IMG/VR virus record: IMGVR_UViG_3300024503_000332
DNA from: a virus
DNA: 64,000 bases
Reading direction: 5' to 3' (one strand)
A program made the position numbers and the translations under genes. The number at the start of each line of letters is the position of its first letter. Position 1 is the first letter of the stretch. Shown piece after piece: positions 10,214-21,386 of the stretch. Under the pieces are notes generated by a model. It worked only from the letters and a program-made list of their open reading frames with translations, ran no database searches and was not told the DNA's origin.

Positions 10214-12190
10214 TTAACCAAATGTCTCTAACTTACCATGCACACTGATAACACCGCTTGCATTATAGAAAGTAAATGTAACTATGTCTCGTTTGTTAGC
10301 ATTGCCTGTGGGTGGCGATCCACCTTGCCAGTACAGTGTAACACCAGTGTTACTACCATCTAGTAGAACGGCGTTTGGTATTCTTCCAGTAGCACCTTGT
10401 ACTAAGATAAGAGTTACCACGGTATATTGTCCATCTAGCAGGTTCATATTAGTGAAGTCTGCGTTGAAGTTACCTTGTAGACTAGTATGTACGAATGTAT
10501 CACTTAATCTATAATCATGTTCTACTGTAGCTGTAGCACCAGCTATTGGTGCGTATACTCTTTTTACACCTTTAGCTATAGTAGTGTTTCTGATTGTCGT
10601 TGTTCCAACACCATTTGCACCCATGGTCAGTGCTGTGGCAGCACCACCTAAGGTCAATGTGGTTGGAGTACCCAATGCTGCAAATGTTGCGGCATTAGAA
10701 TCTAGAGAACTGGTGCCCCAGTTAGCATTGGTTGGAATGACACTATGTAGGTCCCATGACCCATTGCTAGTACCGTTGTTATAAAGTACAGCTCTTTTAT
10801 TACCGCCTGCTATGACACTGCCCACCTGTGTGGCATCATTGTACTGTATAGTCAGTGTACCTGTGGAGTTGTTATTGAATACAAACAATGTTCCTGTAGG
10901 TAATGTAGTAGCATCTGGCAGCTTAAATGTATGATTGCTACTTCCAGAAAGTAGCTGCTGTTGATTTGAAGTTGATGTTAGTGTGGTAGTACCACCTGAA
11001 CTGGTTGTTGCTGTAACTCCATTGACGAAGTTTTTAGCACTACCCCAGTTAGAGATTGTCAAGCTACCTAGTGTACCAACTGATGTTAGGCTTGAACTAA
11101 CAACATTTGATGCTAGAGTAGTTCCGGTCAACAATCCGGCAGGAGCAGTTCCTGAAACGTTACCAGTTACGTTACCAGTTACATTACCAGTAACGTTTGC
11201 AAATACAGGACCGACGATACGTCCCATTACAGCATCTACTAGCAGTGTTGAATCGTCGGCAAAGATACTGCCATTGAGGTCTATCTTGTTGTTCAATGAA
11301 AGTACCATTGAACGTCCACTAGCATTAGTACTGATGTTTATTCCATAGCCAGGAGTAATGCTTAGTGTATCTGTATTATTAGTAGCAGCGATCAGCGGTT
11401 GTCCTGGAACTGATACGTTTCTAAATGTAAACAGTCCGCTGGCAGGTGATGTATTATTAAGTGTAGCTATCTTTGTAGTAGGATCAACGCTGACACTTAA
11501 ACCTGTGATAACGCTTATACCTCTAATACCACTGTTGGTGATAGTTACATTACCTGTTGAGCCGCTAACTGTAATACCACTGCCAGCAGTGATCTGAGTC
11601 ACTCCAGTGTTAGTAAAAATCACATTGCCGGTAGACGAGCTAACTCCAATACCGGTTCCTGCTACAGCACCAGTGACTCCACTGTTACTAACAGTTAGAG
11701 TCTTAGTTGTTGGATTTGCTGTCAGTGTTATAGCTGTTCCTGACAACAGTTTTAAGGTATCATTGAACTGTCCTGCAACGATATTGCTGCTGTTATCGAC
11801 ATTAAAAGTCTTGAAAAATGTTTTAGATGGATCAATGATCAGTTCACCGCCTAAGGTAGTCGATGCTGGAAGTTCTACAGTACCGTTACTGCTCTTGATC
11901 TGCGCAGACCCTAGCCATATACCATTGTTTTCAGAACCAGGTGTTAGACTTTGATCCTCTATGTACAATGATTTAAACGCTTTTCCACTATCACCTAACT
12001 GTAATGTGTTAGTTGCTGTTGGTATGATTGAACTATTAAAGTTGGTAAAATCAGCCAGAGAAACATTATTTTCTGATAATGCTGTGCTGATCAGTGTGAA
12101 GTTTTGGCTGACTGCTTTTAGAGCATCGTCGACGTTGCTCCAAAGTAAGGGAGGACTTCCTGCGGTGATGTTTGTGTTTATTCCTGACAT
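10214..12190 (-). CDS. tail fibre protein
   Basis: Ser/Thr/Gly-rich, with GV..I.AG.GI.VS and VTGN repeats. Confidence 0.75.
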   Translation of the reverse strand: MSGINTNITAGSPPLLWSNVDDALKAVSQNFTLISTALSENNVSLADFTNFNSSIIPTATNTLQLGDSGKAFKSLYIEDQSLTPGSENNGIWLGSAQIKSSNGTVELPASTTLGGELIIDPSKTFFKTFNVDNSSNIVAGQFNDTLKLLSGTAITLTANPTTKTLTVSNSGVTGAVAGTGIGVSSSTGNVIFTNTGVTQITAGSGITVSGSTGNVTITNSGIRGISVITGLSVSVDPTTKIATLNNTSPASGLFTFRNVSVPGQPLIAATNNTDTLSITPGYGINISTNASGRSMVLSLNNKIDLNGSIFADDSTLLVDAVMGRIVGPVFANVTGNVTGNVTGNVSGTAPAGLLTGTTLASNVVSSSLTSVGTLGSLTISNWGSAKNFVNGVTATTSSGGTTTLTSTSNQQQLLSGSSNHTFKLPDATTLPTGTLFVFNNNSTGTLTIQYNDATQVGSVIAGGNKRAVLYNNGTSNGSWDLHSVIPTNANWGTSSLDSNAATFAALGTPTTLTLGGAATALTMGANGVGTTTIRNTTIAKGVKRVYAPIAGATATVEHDYRLSDTFVHTSLQGNFNADFTNMNLLDGQYTVVTLILVQGATGRIPNAVLLDGSNTGVTLYWQGGSPPTGNANKRDIVTFTFYNASGVISVHGKLETFG

Positions 12191-15100
12191 TATGTTCTCC
12201 CTACCGCTATTTCAACAGTGCCAATATGATCACTGTCATAATCTTTTAGAGCCTTACCTACTACAGTTCCGACTTTAACATCGCCTGTGGCAGCTACAGC
12301 TACTCCTGGAATTCCTGATGTAATCAAGATGTCTCCTTTTTTAATCTTTCCAACTACTTTGCATGGAACACGACCTTGCAGCGCGACCAAGTTTTTAAAT
12401 CCTGGACATGCTTCATACATGGTATAAGCAGCAGTATTAGATACAACACCTGCTACTCTTGTATCTCCTTTGATATTAGAAGTTGTAACTTCTTTTTCAC
12501 CACCAAACACAAGAACTGTACCTACTTCATATTCTTTATCACCTTCATAGTTTTCTGCAAGGTCAGCGGAATATGTTGCCTGCAATCTTGATTCGTTCGG
12601 TGAAGTGCCAGTCAATGTCCAACGTCCTGTTATAGTACCACTATTAGTATTACCACCTGTGGTGATCGCGGTTACTTGGATGCTCGATGCTGTTATAGGA
12701 GCATCGGTACCACCGTCTTTGGTCTTAAACTGGTGTGTATCATTCCAATACAATGATTTGTTATCAGTAGATACTGTACCAGATTGTACTAGTATACCAC
12801 CTACGCTGTTCCAGCCATAGTATCTAATATAGCCACCACTACCTGCTGTGGCAGTATCAATACTGGTATTGTTATCAACGTTGACCTTGCTGACGTTAAT
12901 CTCATTGGCAGAGAAGTTACCGCTCGAGTCTCTGTTAATAAGTTTGTTGTTATCGGAGGATCCTGTATAGGCCGCTGACATTTCAACAACGGTATAATCA
13001 CCGTCGCCGGTTCCGGTACCACCTGTCCTTCTCAAGAAACCTGTAGTTGAATATTGAGATTTCTTAATGGATCCGCCACTGTCAACTACAGTGGTAAAGT
13101 TTACCGCAGTAATATTGCCTGTGCTGATACTAGAGTTACCTAGTACAGTGTTAGACGCTATCTGTGAAATAGATGTCAACGGCAATGAGTTAGTTTTGAT
13201 AGTGATCCAACCGTTGGTTGAAACAAACAGTGCATCATCGAAACTAGCAAGTCCTAGAGCTGCTTGGTTTATACCAGTAGCATTTGTTCTGGTAGTGGCA
13301 GCATTCATGTTTAACTTGCTTTGATCGATAGCTGCCGATCCTGAAACTTTACTGTTTGTGATAGTTCCTGCACCTACTGATGCAGTGATTAATCTAGTTG
13401 TAGGATTCAACGATAGTGTGATATCGCCAGTTACTGTGGCGTTAACAGCACCAAAGCCTGTTCCTGTGAAACTTAACAGTTGACCGCTTGCGATGCTAGC
13501 ACCAGAGAAGTCTTGGAAGTTGGCAAAGGTCATGCTCTGTAAGTTTACTGCGTCTAACGGGTTGACTGGGTTAGCGATATTGATAACCTTTTGGTTACCC
13601 ATATCTAAGTTGGCCTTCATCTTCAAGGCGCCGTTAAGTGGTAGGAAACCGCCTGTGTTGATCGGAATAACCTGGCTAGGATCAACCACCGCACCGTTGT
13701 GTGTTAGGCCCAATCTACGTTCGAGATAGATACGTGTCGCGTTTTGTGTTGGAACGGTATCTGTAGCGTTGTTGGCAAATGATGAGTCTGTTGAGAACTC
13801 ACTGATTGGAACACCACGTTTAAATCCTAGACCGTCTAGGTTACTCAACGCAATAGCAGCTGAGAACGACACCTTACCAGTACCTTGGTCAACGCTAAAG
13901 TATGGACCGACTCTAAAGTTACCATATTGGTCTGTGGTCACATAGAACACACGACCTACTGTTTTTTCAATAACTTCCCCTGCTGCGTTTCTGGCGTTTA
14001 CGGCTGGACCATAGATTTCGTTTGGATAGTTAGTATCTGCGTATGAACCAGTACCAATGTCCAGCAAATCGTGTCCTGTAACACGGGTCAACGCAATACG
14101 AATGGTCAGTGTACCGTTGGCGTTGGTAGTTCCTCTACGCACACCTGCTTTGAGAGTGATAGCTGAAGTATAAGATATTACACTGTCATTCAAACCAACT
14201 CCAGACTGCACACCAGTGACTAGATTGATCTGGCTAACATATACGCGACCAAATGCTGTGTTAGTAACAGTTTCTGGATCGTACTTGGTGATTACATAGT
14301 TTACACCTTTCCAGTTAAACACAGAACCAGCTGCTCTTGATCGATCATATGGACCTAGAGCGACCACAGCAAACCACGTATCTCCCACTCTGCCTCGTAC
14401 TTTACTGACAGAGTGTGTACCTGCATTTAGTAAAGATGTCTGGATCGCAGTACCGCCTGGAGTTAGAGAAAGAGTAAAAGAAGTAGTAGTTAATCCTGAT
14501 GCCAATACAAAGTAATGGGTTGTCGCGAGCAGTCCTGTAGGCAATGTTCCAGATGTTTCTAACTTGACTACATCACCGGCTGATAGTCCGTGTGCATAGG
14601 TTGATGTCAAGACGGCAGGTGAAGCTACACTTATAGTAACCGGAGTACCTCCTCCGAACACGGTATTAATAGTCCCAGATGCTGATGATACTGTAACAGG
14701 GTTATGTTTCGCTATACCTGGGATAGATCCTGAAGCATTAGATATCTGGAATATCGAAGTTAGTGCAGATGTGGCACTCAATGCTAGAGATGTGCTGCTT
14801 GGTATAGCCGCGATATAGTATTGTGTACCACTGGCTATGTTACCAAAGCCTGTACCAGTAAATGCTATAGGCTGTCCAATGCTCATTAGCCCACTGTTGG
14901 TTACAGTGACCGTATAAGCGGTAGCACTCATACTAGTTGATGCAACAGTCTGTGCGGTGTTAACGATCCACGATGCACCCGATCCGCTGACTATGTATGT
15001 GTTAGCTGCGATGCCGCTGCCACTCAATACCATACCTGCTATAATAGTACCTGATGCAAGATTGGTAACTGTTAAAATGCTACTGCTGATACTACCTGTA

Positions 15101-18100
15101 AATGAAGCAGTAGTGATAGTAGTGGCGGTTGCAGTAGTAGTTACATGCGGAGTCGTTGATAATGTTATCTTACCACTAGATGGAATCGATCCAACATAAT
15201 ATTGTTGACCTGCTGTGATACCACCAAACGCACCGGTGGTCAACACGTTCATCAACCCTGCGCTAGTAGTGACAGAAAGTACTGATCCTCCGTTAGTAGC
15301 ACTAATAGTTAACTGGGTACCGCTAATAATAGAGCTAACGTAGTAAGTAGTTCCAGAAGTCAGCCCACCGATCGGTGACGAACCCTGGGCTGTAGTGAAC
15401 GATACTGGCATGTTTACAACCATACCTAGTGTACTAGTCACTGTGATATAGTTTGTTAGTGCATCTGAGTTAGTTGCTTGAGTACTAATACCAAACTTGA
15501 TCGGTGTGTTTACAGTCATGCCTGTAGTTGAACTTAATGTCACTTGGTTGCTAGTACCAGTGATAGTTGTCGAACTTACAGTTTGACTGATGCTGACGGT
15601 CCATGTTGAGCCGTTGCCGCTACCGCTGATATTGGAAACGATATATGTTCCAGAAGCAGTAGTTCCTCCACTTAATACCATTCCTGCTGAGATAGTACCT
15701 GACGATAGAGTTCCGACAGTTAATGTTGTGCCACTAATACTAGAACCAGTCATAGTCGCTGTGGTCTGTGCTGTGGCAGTGGCTGTTGTTTCTACAGTAG
15801 CGTAATCATTTGGCTGATACACTGTCATAGAAATATATTGATAGTTTTCTCTTAGTAGAGTGGTTGTTAACCCAGTTGGAGTATAAGAGAATGTTCCAGA
15901 GCCTGCTGAAGTCGTGGTAACTGCTCCACCGCCTTTAACTGTAGATATCTGGAAGGTATTTGATGTAGGGTTAATAACATAATACACCTGCCCTGCAGTA
16001 ATACCAGTAGGTAATGTAGCTGTGCTACTAAAAGTCAACGAATAGTTTGTTAATAAACCGTGGTTATTTCTTGTAACGACTGCAGGACTTGCATTGCTAA
16101 TAGTACAAGTAAACGGTGCATTAGGATCGTTATAGTCTGTGAACTGTAGAACACGATAAACGTTATTAGCAGCTTCAGTTAACACAAGACCAGTCGATGG
16201 TCGAACACTAACTCCAGACAGTGTACCAGTCAACATCAGTGCTTGGTTCTGTCTCACCGTCATTAATGTGCCATCATTGATCTGTGCATACAGACCAGAT
16301 AGACCGCTGGCACCTGTAGTAGAGCCTAGCGTTAGACGTGCAACACCGGAAGGTAAGTCAGCACCTGTGTAGGCACTATTGATCGGATAACGATACAATA
16401 TACCACTGCCATGATCGACTTCTAGTTCTGAGTTTGGAAGTGGAACATATGTATAGTTGTTAATATAGACAATAACGCCTTGTGCAGAGTTTGCATAGTT
16501 TCCGCTAGGATAATAACAGGTCACTGATTGTGCTAGGTCATAGTATAAATCTGTGGGTGTTGGAACTTCTAATGGATCGCTGCCTTCTGCGACAAGAGCA
16601 TATACACCGTGCGCACTTGAACCTGCGATAGAACGTATCTGACCACCGTTGATAGAATAGTAAGATACTTGACAGTAGTAGGTAAACATTGACACAGCTT
16701 CTGTCAAACCGCCGTTGGTTACCATCACACCGTAGCCTAGGTCAGCGACTTGTGTAAAGTCGTTTGACAGCATACTACGGTTACCCGGCATCAATAGTTC
16801 ATAGACACGATTATAGGTATGTGTTCCTGAACCTGCCGAAGTTGTTGCTACAGGAGTGATACTTCCTAATGTATCAGTGACCTGGAAAGAGTTCGCTCCA
16901 AGTCCGATTAAAAGCACATAATATCTCTTGCCCACAGACAGACCGGTTGGTAATGAACCTGTGGTTGTAAAGGTAATAGTGGCGCCGGCCTGAAGACCGT
17001 GATCGACTTTGGTAATGACCGCAGGGCTGCCGTTGCTGATGGTACAGGTCTGTACACCAACGTCTTTGGTATAAGGTGTTCCTGGATCAAACACGAATGT
17101 AGCCGTAGAACCGTTTACATTGTAGACCCAATCTCTAACGTAGTTTATTCTGTAAACACTGCCAGTGATAATAACTGAAGCAGGTAAGTTAGGGAATCTC
17201 TGAAGACCAGTAACAACGATTCTAGTTGAACTGATCTTGCTGACCATGGTAAATTCTAGGTTGCCTGCGAAGCCGTCGACAAACATACCGCCGGCAAACT
17301 GCTTGCGTCCAGTGGATCCGATAAATGAAGCACTTTCTTGACAGTATGGAGATTTAGCAAGGATTTGACCTGCAGGATCAAGAATCATCATGAACCCGCC
17401 TTGTCCTTGTGCTGTCATTCGACGTAGCATCGTAGCGTCGTTCATCATGAACACGTCAATCTTGTTATTATCTTTTGGAAGATTAACTAATGTTGATCCA
17501 CTGACAATATCGATAATAGCATTAACTAAGTTAGTTACGATGGCTCTAGTACCACCTTCTGCTATGTAAGCATTATCGATGATCTGGGGTACTAGTTCTT
17601 GTGTGCTGTTGGTATAGAGAATGTTCTGTAGAACATAGTCAGTCAAGACGATTAAATGATTCCACGCTGCCACGGTTTGATCTAACTGATCAGTGATGGC
17701 TTTTAGAGCACTAGCACTTTGGAAGTACTTTAACGCTGCTGAAATAGTTCTATTATACCCACCGTATCTAAGATCAAATATTAATGCTTCAACAATCAGA
17801 CCCACGTCTCTCTTACATAGTTTTCTGTTGTAGGTAAATGTACCTGGACTGTATGTTGCATTAAGATAAGAAATAACTTGATTTTGTATACTAACTGAAG
17901 CTGCTAAAGTAACAGTTCTATCGTTGGCCGCTACAATATTAGCGGCGTTAGCATCAATGGTTGGATCTACAGGAGAAGCTGCTGATGCTGCACCAACACC
18001 GTTGATAATGATATCTTTGATGATGTCAAACGCACTAGTAAGTGTGGTAGCTGATACACCGCTAGATGAAGCCGCAGGTAGAGTGGTCGTCTGTGAAGTA

Positions 18101-20760
18101 GTGTTAGAAGCTGATTTACCAGTCCATGATGTTTGATTTGATATTACAGCAGGAAGAATTATCTTTAACTGATTAAGTACACTAGTAAATGCACTGGTTT
18201 CTCCGCCGACGGTTGTTGCATTGAGCGCATCATAGTAAGCAAGTCCTGCTTTAATAGTCTGACTGGTGCCGCCATAGATTAGGTCATAGACCATGGCATC
18301 AATGATAAATCCTACATCTCTTCCACACTTGTCTGCGTCATATCCAGGAATGCTTCCAGGATTGAGTTGATCGGTGATATAGCCTAAGACTTCATTTTGT
18401 ATAAATGTCCTATTGGCAATGATGATATCTTTAGCATATGATTTATCAGTTACCAACCCTCCTGGATTAGTATAGGTAATAACAGTCGACGGCGTACCTG
18501 ATTCTATGATATAAACGATCTTGTTGAACAGTGTGGTCACAGTCGCAGCACTGGCCACATAGGTAGTGCTACCATAGATAGTATTCAAGACAAGGTCTCT
18601 TACTTTCTTGATAGCAGCAAGTGTCTGACCTTTCTGATAGCTAGTTACCACTCCTGAGTAAGATCTTAGATATGCATTGGCTGCGGTCACGGTTCGATAT
18701 GTAGATCCTAGTACTAGGTCATCCATGACCGCATTAATCATGAGATCCACGTCTCTCTTACATTTTACTGTATCAAATGTAAAGTTTCCATCGAATGGTT
18801 CTATGTCTGCGGCTATCTGCGCATCGATCCAACCGACGATTTCTTCTTGGAACCATTGTTTGTTTAGATATAGTAACTGTGCTGCTGCCTTGTAGTTTCC
18901 AGCGTTAGAAATAGCAGGATATACTCTATTGGCAGGATCTGTTAGATAATGTCTTGCAAATAGTTGTGTTGACGTAGTGATGCTGTCAATAGTAGAATCT
19001 CTACGGAATATATCAAATGCCCAAGGACTTGAACTAGGTCCTGATCTAGGCTTAACTAAGACACGTCTGAACTCGTCACCGATCAATGAAACGTTCTGTG
19101 ATACTTTCAAAGGAAAGTTTTCTTCGTAGATACCACTTTCGATAAAAATAGTGATCTGTATATTTTTAGTAATGTCACCATAGCTTATAGCTTCACCAAT
19201 CTGGAAAGACCCATATTTGATGTCAACGTCAAACAGTTCATTTCCCTGATTATCCATAGCACCAGTATGTGTTAGAATCTGTGCTAATGCTCCCGAGGTT
19301 TCGCCTCGCATGTATAATCCAGGTCTAATATCTCTAGTTGCTAGAGCAGTAGGCGTATCTACCGAATAGTTTCCAGTAAAGTCTGTGAGCTTACCTGCTG
19401 TATAGATAGCGAACGTTGGAAGGTTAGCCACGACACTAGGAACGCTGGTAAAACCAGAACCTGGATCAGTGATCGTAACGCTTTGGATAACTCCGCCGAC
19501 TACGTTTGCAGTACCAAATGCGCCAGATCCTCCACCGCCAGTAATACGTACAGAAACAAGTCCAAACCCACTACCACCATTGGAAATAGCGATGTTGTTG
19601 ACCTTATAGGTTACATCAAATGTTGCGCCTGCGCCGAATGTTACTTTGGTTGTGTTTGAGGCAGTACTAGCTACTGATAAGTTACCTGGAATCGCACTAT
19701 AAACACCTGAACTTAGTATCTTAAATGTTATTAGAGAACCCGGAGTGGATGCTGTACTGAGCACCTGTATCTTACAAGGCTGGCCACCGGAGGCGACTGT
19801 ACCACCATCTAGGGTAATAATATCGCCAACCCAATAGTTTGAACCAGGAGCGTTGATCGTTATCTTATCAACGCTCATTAGGGCAGCGCCAACGAAGCCC
19901 GAACCGGAATCGTTTGAAATACTGATATTGCTTAGAGTACAGGTTCCTGCGCCATTATTATAAGTTAATAGCTTTTTGTATGGTCCTATCTCTACTCTAG
20001 ATTCGTTTACTAGTTCTTCTGCACGTTTTAATGCAGCTTCTATTGTGCGATAGGCATAGGCAAGAGCTCTACCTTGTAGTTCGTCGCTGACTCCAGGACG
20101 TGCATCAGCACCGCTAGTTGCGACATATAAGTTTGCGACAGAACCAAAAGCACTGCTGTCTACGTAGGATTTTGTTGCTGCGATCAATCCATCATAGGTT
20201 TGATCATCTTCAGGCTGTGGGTTTCTTGACAAAATCAACGGACCAGTCATTCTTCCGAATGCTTCGTTGACTTCACCTGTGGCAGGATCTATAGCATTAA
20301 TACCTGCTCTAGCGATCTTGCTGTCTACGTATCCTTTGTTTGCTGCTTCGCCAGATGCAACAGGAGTTGTAAGATCAACGATTCTGTATTGATTACCACC
20401 TGATGTTGCGCTAAGATTTCCACCTAGCTGTGGATATCTATCTGCTGAAATCGCAGAGAAAATAGCGTTAAGTCTGATTTCATTAGGATTAGATGTTTGA
20501 TCTACGCTAATGCCAACGCCCGGAACTAGCTGTTTAAACTTTAAACCTGTAGTAGTTTGGTTAACAGTTACTAGCGCACCTTCTTGACCTACATAGGAAG
20601 TAGGAGCGTCTGATAGTCCTGTAAACTTTAGTCTTTCACCGAGACCTAAAGAACTGTATAGTTCGAGAAAGTTGTCGTTGACTTTACTAAAGGAGTCGCG
20701 AATACTATCGCCTGTGCCGTCATTACCAACCGCACCAATATCAATGATTTTTCTTGCCAT
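12190..20760 (-). CDS. giant tail fibre/structural protein (2856 aa) with a C-terminal intramolecular-chaperone-like domain
   Basis: IDIGAVGNDGTGDSIRDSFSKVNDNF N-terminus; three KC.RDV repeats; FCCH-like repeats; ADLAENY...GRVPCKV C-terminus. Confidence 0.8.
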   Translation of the reverse strand: MARKIIDIGAVGNDGTGDSIRDSFSKVNDNFLELYSSLGLGERLKFTGLSDAPTSYVGQEGALVTVNQTTTGLKFKQLVPGVGISVDQTSNPNEIRLNAIFSAISADRYPQLGGNLSATSGGNQYRIVDLTTPVASGEAANKGYVDSKIARAGINAIDPATGEVNEAFGRMTGPLILSRNPQPEDDQTYDGLIAATKSYVDSSAFGSVANLYVATSGADARPGVSDELQGRALAYAYRTIEAALKRAEELVNESRVEIGPYKKLLTYNNGAGTCTLSNISISNDSGSGFVGAALMSVDKITINAPGSNYWVGDIITLDGGTVASGGQPCKIQVLSTASTPGSLITFKILSSGVYSAIPGNLSVASTASNTTKVTFGAGATFDVTYKVNNIAISNGGSGFGLVSVRITGGGGSGAFGTANVVGGVIQSVTITDPGSGFTSVPSVVANLPTFAIYTAGKLTDFTGNYSVDTPTALATRDIRPGLYMRGETSGALAQILTHTGAMDNQGNELFDVDIKYGSFQIGEAISYGDITKNIQITIFIESGIYEENFPLKVSQNVSLIGDEFRRVLVKPRSGPSSSPWAFDIFRRDSTIDSITTSTQLFARHYLTDPANRVYPAISNAGNYKAAAQLLYLNKQWFQEEIVGWIDAQIAADIEPFDGNFTFDTVKCKRDVDLMINAVMDDLVLGSTYRTVTAANAYLRSYSGVVTSYQKGQTLAAIKKVRDLVLNTIYGSTTYVASAATVTTLFNKIVYIIESGTPSTVITYTNPGGLVTDKSYAKDIIIANRTFIQNEVLGYITDQLNPGSIPGYDADKCGRDVGFIIDAMVYDLIYGGTSQTIKAGLAYYDALNATTVGGETSAFTSVLNQLKIILPAVISNQTSWTGKSASNTTSQTTTLPAASSSGVSATTLTSAFDIIKDIIINGVGAASAASPVDPTIDANAANIVAANDRTVTLAASVSIQNQVISYLNATYSPGTFTYNRKLCKRDVGLIVEALIFDLRYGGYNRTISAALKYFQSASALKAITDQLDQTVAAWNHLIVLTDYVLQNILYTNSTQELVPQIIDNAYIAEGGTRAIVTNLVNAIIDIVSGSTLVNLPKDNNKIDVFMMNDATMLRRMTAQGQGGFMMILDPAGQILAKSPYCQESASFIGSTGRKQFAGGMFVDGFAGNLEFTMVSKISSTRIVVTGLQRFPNLPASVIITGSVYRINYVRDWVYNVNGSTATFVFDPGTPYTKDVGVQTCTISNGSPAVITKVDHGLQAGATITFTTTGSLPTGLSVGKRYYVLLIGLGANSFQVTDTLGSITPVATTSAGSGTHTYNRVYELLMPGNRSMLSNDFTQVADLGYGVMVTNGGLTEAVSMFTYYCQVSYYSINGGQIRSIAGSSAHGVYALVAEGSDPLEVPTPTDLYYDLAQSVTCYYPSGNYANSAQGVIVYINNYTYVPLPNSELEVDHGSGILYRYPINSAYTGADLPSGVARLTLGSTTGASGLSGLYAQINDGTLMTVRQNQALMLTGTLSGVSVRPSTGLVLTEAANNVYRVLQFTDYNDPNAPFTCTISNASPAVVTRNNHGLLTNYSLTFSSTATLPTGITAGQVYYVINPTSNTFQISTVKGGGAVTTTSAGSGTFSYTPTGLTTTLLRENYQYISMTVYQPNDYATVETTATATAQTTATMTGSSISGTTLTVGTLSSGTISAGMVLSGGTTASGTYIVSNISGSGNGSTWTVSISQTVSSTTITGTSNQVTLSSTTGMTVNTPIKFGISTQATNSDALTNYITVTSTLGMVVNMPVSFTTAQGSSPIGGLTSGTTYYVSSIISGTQLTISATNGGSVLSVTTSAGLMNVLTTGAFGGITAGQQYYVGSIPSSGKITLSTTPHVTTTATATTITTASFTGSISSSILTVTNLASGTIIAGMVLSGSGIAANTYIVSGSGASWIVNTAQTVASTSMSATAYTVTVTNSGLMSIGQPIAFTGTGFGNIASGTQYYIAAIPSSTSLALSATSALTSIFQISNASGSIPGIAKHNPVTVSSASGTINTVFGGGTPVTISVASPAVLTSTYAHGLSAGDVVKLETSGTLPTGLLATTHYFVLASGLTTTSFTLSLTPGGTAIQTSLLNAGTHSVSKVRGRVGDTWFAVVALGPYDRSRAAGSVFNWKGVNYVITKYDPETVTNTAFGRVYVSQINLVTGVQSGVGLNDSVISYTSAITLKAGVRRGTTNANGTLTIRIALTRVTGHDLLDIGTGSYADTNYPNEIYGPAVNARNAAGEVIEKTVGRVFYVTTDQYGNFRVGPYFSVDQGTGKVSFSAAIALSNLDGLGFKRGVPISEFSTDSSFANNATDTVPTQNATRIYLERRLGLTHNGAVVDPSQVIPINTGGFLPLNGALKMKANLDMGNQKVINIANPVNPLDAVNLQSMTFANFQDFSGASIASGQLLSFTGTGFGAVNATVTGDITLSLNPTTRLITASVGAGTITNSKVSGSAAIDQSKLNMNAATTRTNATGINQAALGLASFDDALFVSTNGWITIKTNSLPLTSISQIASNTVLGNSSISTGNITAVNFTTVVDSGGSIKKSQYSTTGFLRRTGGTGTGDGDYTVVEMSAAYTGSSDNNKLINRDSSGNFSANEINVSKVNVDNNTSIDTATAGSGGYIRYYGWNSVGGILVQSGTVSTDNKSLYWNDTHQFKTKDGGTDAPITASSIQVTAITTGGNTNSGTITGRWTLTGTSPNESRLQATYSADLAENYEGDKEYEVGTVLVFGGEKEVTTSNIKGDTRVAGVVSNTAAYTMYEACPGFKNLVALQGRVPCKVVGKIKKGDILITSGIPGVAVAATGDVKVGTVVGKALKDYDSDHIGTVEIAVGRT

Positions 20761-20829
20761 GGTTTATCCCAAGAATAGCTTATATCCATTATTTAGCCTA
20801 AACTTTTATAAGCCTAATGTAAATACCAT

Positions 20830-21117
20830 ATGTACTTGGGAAAAGAAACAGAATTAAATCAATATGTAAGAACCAGCAAGCTCGGTAATGAGCATGTTTA
20901 TTATCGTCGAAAGACTCTGGCTATCTTCCGTTGTGATAACTGTGACGAAATCTTTAAAAGAGATCTAAAAAAGATGCATAAGAAAAGATTGAGCAACAAT
21001 TTTTTCCATTGCTGTTCGAAGTGTGACTCTAAACGTTTTGCGCAGAAAAAAGGAGTAGAACAGAAAAAGATATGGGATATGCCTGCCAGTACAGAACTTC
21101 CTGTGGCCAAGTATTGA
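20830..21117 (+). CDS. Cys-rich putative zinc-binding protein
   Basis: CDNC...CCSKC; TAAATA motif directly upstream. Confidence 0.65.
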   Translation: MYLGKETELNQYVRTSKLGNEHVYYRRKTLAIFRCDNCDEIFKRDLKKMHKKRLSNNFFHCCSKCDSKRFAQKKGVEQKKIWDMPASTELPVAKY

Positions 21118-21146
21118 CAACTAAATAAAGCACAAGGAGATTTACT

Positions 21147-21386
21147 ATGTTAAAGCTATTAGCCAAACTTTTTGGAGCCAAGAATACAGCACCAGCTGAG
21201 CCAGAGGCACCCTATAAAGTAGAAGCACCTGCTCCAGCACCAACGCCGGTCGCAGAACAGGCAGCTCAGGCTGTGGTAGAAAGCATTGCACCTGCCAAAA
21301 AGAAAGCACCTGCCAAAAAGACTGGTGCTCCTAAGCAAGGTGCTGCTAAAAAACCACGTAAGCCTAAATCAAAGCCCCAAGCGTAA
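21147..21386 (+). CDS. small Lys/Pro/Ala-rich protein
   Basis: AGGAG SD, TAAATA upstream, PAKK repeats. Confidence 0.7.
   Translation: MLKLLAKLFGAKNTAPAEPEAPYKVEAPAPAPTPVAEQAAQAVVESIAPAKKKAPAKKTGAPKQGAAKKPRKPKSKPQA

Noticed and set aside
11150-11200. Tandem 12-nt repeats (ttaccagttacg) as a CRISPR or DNA repeat element
   Set aside because: They encode VTGN fibre repeats and have no spacers. No CRISPR array or cas gene is seen in the window.
4066-20857. Numerous plus-strand ORFs within the tail genes
   Set aside because: They are antisense shadows of Thr/Gly/Ser-rich genes with no recognisable motifs.
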